NCBI GenBank assembly: GCA_002104905.1
Contig: MCFE01000831.1
Coordinates: 1 to 32,368 of the forward strand
Origin: Basidiobolus meristosporus CBS 931.73
Lineage: Eukaryota > Fungi > Basidiobolomycota
Length of the DNA stretch: 32,368 nucleotides
Direction: 5' to 3'
Shown here piece after piece: positions 22,112 through 32,368 of this stretch. The notes under the pieces are model-generated. The model was not told where the DNA came from, ran no database searches, and saw only the letters and a list, made by a program, of their open reading frames with translations. Position 1 is the stretch's first letter, and each line of letters begins with the position of its first letter. A program made the translations under genes and the position numbers.

Positions 22112-23563
22112 GAATATAGTATCTACTTTACTTTTGCATTGTCTTAAGGAGACACATATCTATAATTTATCTGGGCAGGTCACCAAGCTACATATACCAG
22201 ATTTTTGGCTTGTTGGATACCATTAAGATTTTGTGCTCTGGGTACATGATATTCTGATGAGATATTAGAAGTCAATCCTAACAAAAAATCAAGGTAGCAT
22301 ACTATAAGATTTGTGGGCTATTAGCAGAGAAACTATGGCAGGTGAGCTTTTATGTGATATTGAAAAGCTTACAATAATCTTATCAAGTTGCCATCAACTT
22401 TCCATTGTCAATGGAAATACTGATCATTCAACCAGCTCAACAATACAACAGGGGTGCTGACACAAGTGGGAGTAGTTACAATATATAGCTTTAATTTATT
22501 TGCCATTAGAGCAGAGCTTGTTTACTTGCAATTACATTGGCTTAAGATAATAGTGGTAAGAAAGCTTGCACCAACACCCTGGAAAGTATACTGAACATAA
22601 CTCAAGAACCTGTGAGTATGTTTGAAGAATTTTGACAACTTATTATCTTGCTGCATTTCAAATTACCAATAATTATTCTAGAAACATAGTCATGTGTTAA
22701 AGGATATTGGTATTCTTAGAGATGGAGTACTATATCTTGGATATAATGATGCTAAGATGCTGAGCTTCTATATGAGCAGATCTAACAAATAGTTTACAAC
22801 CAATTAGTTTTAGGGTATTTTTTATTGAAAAGCTTCACTAGTTCTACTGGCACAAATGTAAGCTTATATTTTGCCAAAAAGCAAGATAGACAATCACAGT
22901 GTATCCACCAAGATTCATTGGTGATAATGCTTAACCAGAGACTCTTCATAACTGGCGGGTAGTAATGGAGGAATGATGAGTTGATCACCAAAATATGTAA
23001 TAGGGAAGTTACAATACGATACTAATCCTAAAATATGGCCAGTGACTGTAAAATACCAACTCACTCCACTATTGGTATTGGTTCAGGTACTGCCAGGTAT
23101 ACTTGCGGATCTTGCCTCTGGATCTGAGGAGCTCCACAGCTGCAAATTCGGATCTTATCCAGATTGCCTGAGAAACCGGAAACATGGCAAAGTTAAAAAG
23201 TAGAGTGGTGCACAAAGCACACATTTATTAAGTATAACGAAAGTCTATTGATATCAGCCACCAGATCTGTACAGAGCGGGTAAGTGTGAGCAGAGAGTGC
23301 CGCTATCCTTCCCAATTGCAGGTTCCACTGAGTATATCCGGTACGAGGCTACTCGAATTGAGCAACCTGGAAGACGCAAAAAAGGCTCAGTTCATATAAG
23401 GTTGCTCACTCATTACATCCGGGGATCAATACCACCACGCAATCCCCACATGTACTTCATTGCTAGAGTGATTCCAGTTGATCTGGCGGGTTGCAACGGG
23501 TTACAATTTATCAAGATCAGATTCCAAGCCTCCTGGGGTAACATGAACGATGCCAGCTACGAG

Positions 23564-23570
23564 TATATAA
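23564..23570 (+). promoter_or_regulatory. Candidate TATA box of the tyrosinase gene
   Basis: TATATAA about 65 bp upstream of the ATG at 23634. Confidence 0.5.
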
Positions 23571-23633
23571 GAAGACAGATTTACTTACCTATATCGCCAT
23601 CACTTCAACATTTGAGTTGACAAGATAAGCATC

Positions 23634-25302
23634 ATGAGTCCATCACGCATCCGTTACTCCCTTGAGTACATCCAAACCCTGTATGAGACAGGAGAAGATC
23701 GTTCTAAACTGGAGAATCTTATCAGGGCATTCCGCGGTATTCAAGATCTTGACCCAAAGGATGCAAACTCCTTCTTCCGCATCGCTGGTTATCACGGAGA
23801 GCCTTTCCGTGAAGAAGGAGCGACTGATCCAGCTTGGTGGGGAGGTTATTGCTGGCACGAAACCGTCTTGTTCCCCACTTGGCACCGCGCCTACCTCCTT
23901 CGACTTGAGGATGCACTCCGAAGCATCCCAGGTTGCCAGGATGTCACTCTACCATTTTGGGATGAGCTGGCCAACAGGGGAAGAAATCCCCCTCAGCCAA
24001 TTCCTTCCATTCTTACTTCCCCGCAATTCGAGCTCGATGGTAGAACTGACAATCCACTTTACTCTTACAAACTCCAAGAACCTTTGGTGGAAAAAGTTGA
24101 AGGCGCAAGCGAACGCTACAGCAAGCATAAAGATTATGAAACTGTCCGATACCCACTCTCAGGTAGCTAGCACTCTTTGAGTTTTGTCGCGGCTTCTGTA
24201 TACTAATCCACATCCACCCTCAGGTTTGGTAGGAACCAAGGAAGATAGGGACAAGACGACCATACACAATTTGGCTTACCAAGATCCGGCCAAGAACACC
24301 CAATTGCTCAACGAGAACGTAGCCAATTGGCTGGAGGGCACCGTCCAGATCACACCTGACGACCCAACCAATCCCACCAGAATGCCTGATACTTACTCGG
24401 TTTATGCACGCTATATGCGCTGCCTCGAGGCTCCGAACTTCACTGTCTTTTCGAATACGACTTCCCAGGAGCAGTGGATCAAGGACAATGGCAAAGATAC
24501 GTCGAGTCACTTCGTGGTTTCCTTGGAAAGCCCGCATAACGCAGTCCACCTTGCCGTTGGAGGATTCTACCAGAAGGGACAATACAACAGTGACAACATT
24601 ATCGGAGCCAATGGCGATATGGGCGACAATGAGACGGCTGGCTTTGATCCTATCTTCTACTTCCATCACTGCTTCATTGACTATGTCTTTGCCACTTGGC
24701 AGAGACAGAAGGGGCTTACTAAGCGTGGCAGTCTGAAACTTATCAAAGACTATCCTGGGACAATCCTGAAAGAAGGGCAGCCTCACTATCCTCCCGGAAC
24801 TGTCGTTGATATGACCACCGCACTCATTCCGTTCGAAAGACCCAGTGGAGGTTACTACGACTCAAATGATATGACCGACTTCGAGAATGACCTTGACTAT
24901 ACTTATCATATCGGCTCACTTGATCCAAAACTCCGCGCGGATCCTGACTTGACCCCCGAAGCACCTTTCGTTCTCACAAAGAAAGTGCACAACATCAACC
25001 GTGCTCAATACTCGGGATCATTTGTCATTCGATTGTATGCCCAGGGACATGATGGCCAAGTAGTTGAGGTGGGAAGAGATCCTATTTTGAGCCGTTGGAG
25101 TCTGGAAGGCTGCCGCAATTGCATGAGCCACCTTGATGTAGAGTCTTACGTTCCTATTGACGAGATTCTGTTGAAAGCTCTCCAAGGGCCTGGGAAGAAA
25201 GAAGATATCAGATGGTGGGCACAGGTTCAAACTCGTGAACGGCAACTCTTGACGGCCCCTGCTGGAGACTCTCAGGGAGGACCGAAGGTGGACGATCTCT
25301 AA
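23634..25302 (+). CDS. Tyrosinase (type-3 copper protein, pro-form), 535 aa, exons 23634-24162 and 24224-25302
   Basis: CuA region AGYHGEP...GYCWHETVLFPTWHRAYL and CuB region ESPHNAVHLAVGG...FDPIFYFHHCFID. C-terminal CRNC motif. A 61-bp intron GTAGCT...TACTAAT...CAG joins the two track ORFs in frame (529+1079=1608 nt). No signal peptide evident. Confidence 0.95.
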
Positions 25303-28300
25303 TGCACAAGAATAGCTTTTTCTTGGTCCCATCGAAGTTCTTTCTGTCTTTGTTCAGACCTCACTTGAATAAATAAGTTGCAACCGTTTCATATGTTTGT
25401 TTCCGGCTAGACAAGTAGAGATTGGCATGCCTTCTCAATGTTGGTGATGAGCAGAGGATTTAGATATGTAAGATGTATCTGATCCAGCCCGATGGGCCTG
25501 ATACTTTATTGGTAGAACCGTAGTATTGTTATCTATTCTCACGCTCTGTTATCCATCCTATCAGTCTTCGCGGGACCAAAGGCGTGAAATTTCTTTTTTC
25601 CTTGAATCAGTTGGCACACGTACGTATGCATGTAATTCACGGTTCTACGGGAAAATGCAGAACCCAGCGTTAACTTTAAGTCTTGTATATTTTTTCTCCC
25701 TTCCCGCTCTATGCTTGTTGGAGTGCATATTTAGAGTTCTCATGCGAATTACCACTATGGAATCAAAATAAATCACGCCTATCTTTGGTTCAAGTGAAAA
25801 TTTGTCATGCACCCCTTCTGGTGACTCAGAATGGTTCTCTCCATCCGGTTGATAGAAACATCATATTGATGAAAATCTAGTTTGCCACCAAGTGAATATA
25901 TGTGTGAATCAATCTTGTGAGGTATAATCGCGGTTGCACATGTGAAATTGACCAAGCCGATGTATTCCAGAACTGGCTTAGCTCGAGCGTAAATTGCTTG
26001 CTATCCAGGTAGTAATCTAGCAATGTTTGTTCGTAAATAGTTGATCATGTAGGTATGACAATGCGTCAAACGAGAAACAAAATAGAACGAATCAAGTGCT
26101 CACAGCCAATTCGTGTACTGACCCAAGCCCCCTTCCTGCCCTTACCCTTTCAGTTAACCCAGATTTGTCTGTGGGTACAACAAATGCAACCATTGAAATA
26201 GCTACATTGTCAATCGATTAGTTTACCCTCGACAATACAATGCTTTCTGGTAACAGGCAGGTAGCAGGCATATTCCAGTGGCGCATGTTTTACTTGCTTG
26301 TGTCATGATCTATGAAAGCATTATTTGCCACCATTCAAGATTATCTGTGAAGGCATATTTAATATGTAGATATATTTTTCATAGGTGGCTTTCTTACAAT
26401 GCCGCTACCAATCATCAAAATTACTACAATAAAGGCAGATACATGGTGACTTGGGCTCCTCCGCACCTGTTTCTACTCTACAGTCTAGCTAGACTATGAT
26501 CCTAAGCTACAAGCTTACGTGGTATGGTATTCGCTATGTATTGGTTTAAAAGCGGTCATATGCAGGTCAATTTTGATCCCAATTTGGCACTCTATGGCAC
26601 TATGATCACCTGAAACGATGGAGTAAGTCCATCCACGTACTCCATGTTACCCAAGAAAAACATCATAGCTAAGGAGGATTTTGCGGAGTGTGTTGCAGCA
26701 TTATACAAAGTTATACTTTTTCTCAGCTCATATTTGACTAATCCATAGATGCAGAGCTTTCAGGAGCTCAGGATGTGACTATGGTATTACAAGAGCTGTA
26801 AAGTGTTGAACGGTGGCTAGCACCTAAATCTAATAATTAGTAAATACTGTGTTCACCAAATTTTGGTCAAAGTTTTCCATTAAGAACTCTTGCTATCAGC
26901 AATCATGTAGCTTGTGAACAGCTTAGATTCAGAATAGAGATCCTGCACCATACTGTAATACTCACTCCAAGATGGTATTTAGCCTGGATCTCTTTTAATA
27001 TATTGGGCTGGGTCATGCATGGATTTCTTTTGTTTGATTTTTCCAATGATATGTGGAATAATCCAATTATTTGGGTGTGAATCACATTGAAAAAACAAAT
27101 CTTGGTTATTTTGAATGGTTTTTTGGGACAACCAAATTTGGAGTTGGGAAGGATTGATTAATGCCGGCCTGGCATTTGAAATGAAGAAAAGGTATCCTAG
27201 GAAGGCCAAGTTAGGAATTCAATGTGAAAAGATATTGATTCGAGTTGAGTGTGTAGAAAGCCTTTTCAAAGGGTCTTTGGGAGAGATTAGGCATGGTGTG
27301 TTGGACAGAAAAGAATGGATTGATTTTGGTGTGTAAGAATTTAAGATAAATGAGTTGGGTTTGCTTGTGCTTAGAGTTGAGAATAAGGCCTTTGGTTATG
27401 CTAACTTGGCAGTTGATTTTGATGAATTTTAGCATGGCTCTTTTTGCAAAGGGCAACAAAATTAGGTCTGGAATTTCTGCAAGCTGAATACAAGTTGGAT
27501 CTTGCCAATACTGAAGAGTTTATCACATGGTATTCAACAAATATTACAATATGAAGACAATGCAAATTATTTATTTGCAAATGTATACTAATATGAGGTG
27601 ATGTGAAAGTTGCTTTATACAACATACATCCTGCCTTGCTCTTCAAAATACTCTATTGCTCATTATAGCGAATTCTAGTAGAAACCACATACGGACGAGA
27701 GCAAAAGTATACAACGTAACCCTAAGTAAAACAACTTCTATGTTCCAGCTCATATGTTTTTGGCCAGGTCTCACATCCATCATTCCAGTTGCTTGTTTTC
27801 CCTTCTTGCTATCTAACTCTTGGTGGTAAAGGCTCTATTCACATCGCTAGGAAAACATCAGTATGCATTTTCGTAATCTCACCCAAACCCGTAAATCTAC
27901 CGAAGTGATTCAGTATTGGCAGCCTATATCCCCGTACCTCTAGCTCTGTCTAACCGCAAGCGCTAGTTGTTTGTGCCTTCAGCATGCAGTGGAGAACAGC
28001 TGGCCTGGACTGACTAGACATATCATGTTGTGTTAGTATCTTATCACGGACTTTCTAGGCGACATCAATGATACCCACTTCGAGTATGTGACATGAAGGG
28101 TTTACGCGCCTACATCTCCATTGGTAGTATGCAAGTTTACTCATTTTTAAATGTAACATAATACCTACGTTACAGTGCATGTTTATATATATGCCACTAT
28201 AGCCCATAGAGGCTGAAGATTCACCTCGCACCAGGTTCTGAAGTTTGTATAATCTGTGGAGGTATTGTGATATTTCCATAACTTTAGCATTTGAAACCGA

Positions 28301-29266
28301 GTCCGTTGATTTTGTGAAGGTATTTGAAATTCTCCTGAATCAAGCTTATTCAGATGTTTAGGTATGCTGGATTTACTCACTTAGCAGTTTCCAAACCACT
28401 GGCCCACTATCTCAAATGTAGTGACGAGCTTTGGCCAAATCTAGCAGCACCTTACGGCATTGTTTCCACACTGTAGATGCACTTTCATACTTGCAGTGAT
28501 ACTTCATTGAGATATTATGACAGAGAACCTGATATACCACGCAAATGGTAACTGCCCAAGGTGGATAAAGATCTAGTTAAAGCTATAATATATCTCTAAA
28601 GAAGGCTTTACAGCCAGCTTCCATTGAGTACAGCAAATTGTGACATCAATTTCCAGCTAAACCAAAGCATTAATGCACAGTACAAACCACTATATTCAGG
28701 GTTTAATACCACTAACTATGCGTTGTTGGAGTAACTCTATCAAAAGTCCTAATACTTATTTTTGATAAGTTGTAAGTTTGATCCAGGTTGCATTTCTGCT
28801 GATGGTTTCCAGCGAAAATTTCTGATAGGGTATGTATATGTATATATGGTATTCTGATAGTCTTCATCGGACAAGTTCATTGCGTACTTCATTGAGTTGA
28901 AATAAACAATGGTGTGATTTGGCAACTTCCAGAATTTCCACTATTCCAAAGGACTAGCAAAGGAGTATATCACAGAAGATCAATGATCTATATACAAAAG
29001 TGGTCGATTGCAACACATTCTGAATATATATTGATTTCTAAGATACCAGGTGTTAAAGGATAGAAGAGGAAAGGGACATATCCACAGTGATGTCTTCAGT
29101 AGCGGTGGTTCCTGTACAGGCCAACTTAGCAGAGTCTTAACCTCTGGCCACAACCTCGGTGGGAACTAAGCCATACTATATGTAGAATGGACAATAGTTG
29201 AGGGAATTTAAGTGTTGGGGGAGAATTTATTTTGACTTTTCATAATGATAACAAATTGAAGAGGCT

Positions 29267-30893
29267 CTAGTGACTGGGTGATATCTCACCAACGAATAAA
29301 GACTTGTCAGTGCTGCAAGACACCACTGTTGGAAAGCGTTAGTGAGGTTCAATATGAAGGTCGAATATTCCGGGAAACTTACAAATGGGCTCCTTGGGAT
29401 GGAAATCCACCTCGTTCACGCATCCCTTGTGACCAGGCAATTTGTAGAGAATCTTACGGGTGGTTACATCCCAGACAACAGCAGTTCGGTCGCCACTACC
29501 ACAGGCGATTCTATCGCCGTCAGGAGACCAAGCTGGCTTGATCAGGTTCTTCTCAAATCCGTGGGGCGCGCCTAAGCAAGTGGTTCACAATACATCAGCG
29601 TTTGTAGTTGGAGACGATCTCGTGGTAAAACAAACCTTCGAAAATCTTCAGCAAACGATTTGCAGCGGCAAATGGCTTCACGTCCCAGATTCTCACTGTG
29701 TGTTGGAAAATCACAACACATTAGTCACCGCTCGGATAGCAGTTGTCACGCAATTAAATGTACCTGTGTTATCCATAGCGTTAGATAGAAGGTAGGAGCC
29801 ATCTGGACTAAGTCGAATGCCAGATATCGTATCCTCGTGACCTTCCATCACATAAGCAATCTCTTTTTTACGGACGTCCCAAGCCTATCTCGTGAATGCA
29901 TGGTCAGCAATGTGGGGTGAAATGGGCGAGGAGTCCGCACACTTACGGTGATCTTATTGTCAAGACTTCCGGTGTAAACCATATCACCAGCTTCACTGAA
30001 TGTAACTGCGGTCACTTGGTAATCCTGCTCTAATGTATCGACTGCGTTCTTTTGTCTGATATCCCAGATCTAGAGTGATGAAGAATAAACAGCTGAGAGG
30101 ATGGGTGGATCATTCCAGGGTTCCTTACTTTAACGGTTCTATCGTCACTTCCGCTGACCACGACGTTGGAGCCAGCGAATTTGTGTTGTGGGGCGCATGA
30201 ATTAACAAATGAGTTGTGTCCTCTAAACCTCTTGATACGAACTCCGGTATTTACATCCCATATTCCAACGCTCTTGTCTGCACTTGCAGAATAAACATTT
30301 CTAAAGGAAGGCGAAAGGCTGTCAGTGGTGCACTTTGGAAGCGGTCGGCGTGCTATAAGACACTTTACTTTGAGTCCTGTGACCACTGTACTTCGAGAAC
30401 CGCTCCAGTGTGGCCTTTGAGAACCCCGTAGTTGACGCAATCACCGTAGGTATTCCACAAAACTAAAAATTCCGGGAAGTTAGGATGGGCCAGAATTCCA
30501 TCGAGATGTTGAGGCTAATTACATATATTGCCATCGAAGGCACCAGAGGCAATATGTTCGCCGGTAGGATCGAATTTACAAGTAAGCACTTCTCCCTAAA
30601 TGAAAAGGTTTAATCGCTGCTTTCAACAGATCCGGAGAAGGGGAGCTACCTGATGGCCATTCAACAACATTATAGGGGCTTGTAGGCCTGAGGTTCGCTT
30701 GACCTGCGAAAGATCGAATCATTCAGTACATTAAGGCCTAGTTCACTGCTAGAAAAACGCGGCTTACGGTTTGAATGATAGATCCATCCTTGGCTTTGAT
30801 CGCAACAGCATTTTCCGGCTGCTCTTCTGGCTTTTGACGTTTGATCAGTACACCCCCTGAAGGTGGTGGGGATGCTTTACGCTTGTCTGACAT
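29267..30893 (-). CDS. SNRNP40: U5 snRNP 40-kDa WD40 protein (Spf38/Cwf17-like), 356 aa, 10 exons
   Basis: Spliced product MSDKRKASP...VKRTSGLQAPIMLLNGHQGEVLTCKFDPTG...LWNTYGDCVNYGVLKGHTGAV...GAPHGFEKNLIKPAWS...LYKLPGHKGCVNEVDFHPKEPI. Exons: 30893-30768, 30703-30650, 30595-30523, 30462-30369, 30300-30129, 30069-29947, 29884-29764, 29695-29636, 29571-29383, 29325-29267, totalling 1071 nt. All introns are GT-AG and 54-68 bp. Confidence 0.93.
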
Positions 30894-31350
30894 CTTTGTG
30901 ATCTATGAATCTACCTCTCCAAAACCCACCTGATATGGGTAGCTAGAGACTCCGATTTAGAAAGAAACCTCAACGCGCTTAACCCAATATCAGGGACTAT
31001 GTCGGCTACCCTGAATTCTGGAGAAAGATTTTCAACCGTATGTTACCAGTTGATCAATGCCACATTTGTTTCAGGCGCTCATGTTGCGAACCTCTGCCTG
31101 GCAATCTCGGATACTTTCTGGCCAATACGGTGCACCCAATAAACGCAAATTTGGTAGGATTCAATTTAGATTTCTATTAGCCATTCTAAATGAATCTCCC
31201 CAGAGATCAAACCGCGGGTTCATCAGTATCACGTTCGTTGCCTGTAGTCACTTTATTCTTGATTAGTATAGTAGCCTATTCAATCCATTTCATTCACCTG
31301 AACCACCACACCACGAAAGAGACTTTCCAAACCAAAGTCCTGCATATACT

Positions 31351-32368
31351 ATGCTGCCTGATTCAGCCTACTTTCAAGAAATCGCAAGAACCCAGCCTCC
31401 GATAAATCCTTCTCTGCACATCCATCCATACACACATCCTGCTCGCAAAGAGCTACTGAACAACTTATCCACTTCTTCTGCGCTACCCTTTCCTAGCCCC
31501 CCTGACCATGATGTTGCGCACAGAATCTCCTACCAAGGCCATGGCTCTTCTGCTCCATTAAGTCCACCACGAAGAAGCGCATTTGCCCCTTTCAAATCGC
31601 CAAATTCTCCTCATGATATCCGCGAACACCAACCGATTCGCAATAACCAGAGTAGCATTCACGTCCACGGTTTACTTACACCTACTGGTAGTCACAATCA
31701 GTATCGTGCACCCCCCAATTTTTCAAACGAGCAGTACAGCGCACCACATTCTCCCATTACCGATAGACCCTCGCCACACAAGGCGTTTAGTCCACCAGTT
31801 TTTGACCCCCGGTTGACGAGGCCTGGTGTCCCATCGGCAAAACCGGGAGGCGAGTCCCATTGCCCACTACCCTGGGGCAGGTGGAACTTCGTCGGCCGCT
31901 TCACATCCTCATCCCCCAGTGAAAATGGCCTCCAACCAAGTGTATGATCCTATCCGGGATGCTTGGGCACCCAAACGATAGTTATCAACACGTCTCGAAA
32001 GAACCCAACTCGCCCACGAAATCTACCGTCACTTTAAAAGAAATCTCGCGTGCAGAAGAATTGACATCCAACTCACCGCAACTAGCAGGCACCTCTCTGC
32101 TTAGCACCCGGGAAGCAGCTCCCTTGAAGTCGGCGAAAAAGGTGTTGCCTAGTTTGATTAAGCCAACTGGCGGCGAACCTGCCCACCCAGCTTTACCCTC
32201 ATCTCCACCTCTATCGCCAATCATAGTAACCAAGAAGAGGCGGAGATCCCTTTCCTCGACTGTATCTGCTCACGAAACCACGTCCACCACGAAAAGAAAG
32301 GTATGTTGGGGGCCACGTATACCTGACACCGATCGTTACTTAAGAATAGCCTGTTGGCGCGCTGTAGA
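31351..32368 (+). CDS. 5' part of a Pro/Ser-rich low-complexity protein gene, structure unresolved, runs off the window
   Basis: Frame 1 is open 31351-31947. Frame 3 is open from 31923 to the window end, with a basic TKKRRRS patch and a likely GTATGT donor near 32301. CpG content is normal and the gene is divergent from SNRNP40. Confidence 0.45.

Noticed and set aside
23297-23620. 107-aa ORF upstream of the tyrosinase
   Set aside because: It starts at a non-ATG codon, has no motif, and overlaps the likely TATA and 5' UTR.
23643-25332. Antisense and off-frame ORFs overlapping the tyrosinase
   Set aside because: They are shadows of a real coding sequence with no independent motifs.
28050-28800. 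Possible minus-strand multi-exon gene (GTAAGG and GTGAGT donor-like sites)
   Set aside because: I could not assemble an open spliced frame or recognise a domain.
31925-31981. Micro-ORF MASNQVYDPIRDAWAPKR as the true N-terminus of a known gene
   Set aside because: It stops after 18 codons with no usable splice donor, and the motif is too short to support a gene name.
1-32368. Assigning a species or fungal class
   Set aside because: Intron style, tyrosinase type and CpG decay fit several fungal lineages. A BLASTP of the SNRNP40 protein would be needed.

Overview
Eukaryotic, almost certainly fungal, genomic DNA: short GT-AG introns with CTAA/CTGA-type branch points, a fungal-type tyrosinase and fungal-type TE families. 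Bases 1 to about 23,050 are a CpG-depleted nest of dead transposons whose insertion history I could rebuild by hand from target-site duplications (TSDs) and restored reading frames. A Ty3/gypsy RT gene is split by a 12.4-kb CACTA/Tnp2-type DNA element with unusual ACCCTA(CG) termini and a 2-bp TSD. That element carries two solo LTRs of one family, both at CCGC. One solo LTR is in turn split by a two-gene Harbinger/PHIS-type element with an AAT TSD. Next is an old Ty1/copia copy hit twice by its own family: a full-length antisense copy (TSD ACTAC, half-tRNA-type PBS) and a solo LTR (TSD TTTAG). From about 23,100 CpG content recovers and host genes appear: an intact 2-exon tyrosinase (+), a 10-exon U5 snRNP 40-kDa WD40 gene (-), and the unresolved 5' part of a Pro/Ser-rich gene that runs off the end. 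No rRNA, tRNA or CRISPR array was seen. Alignments, counts and coordinates were done by eye, so boundaries may be off by a few bases. No database search was run.
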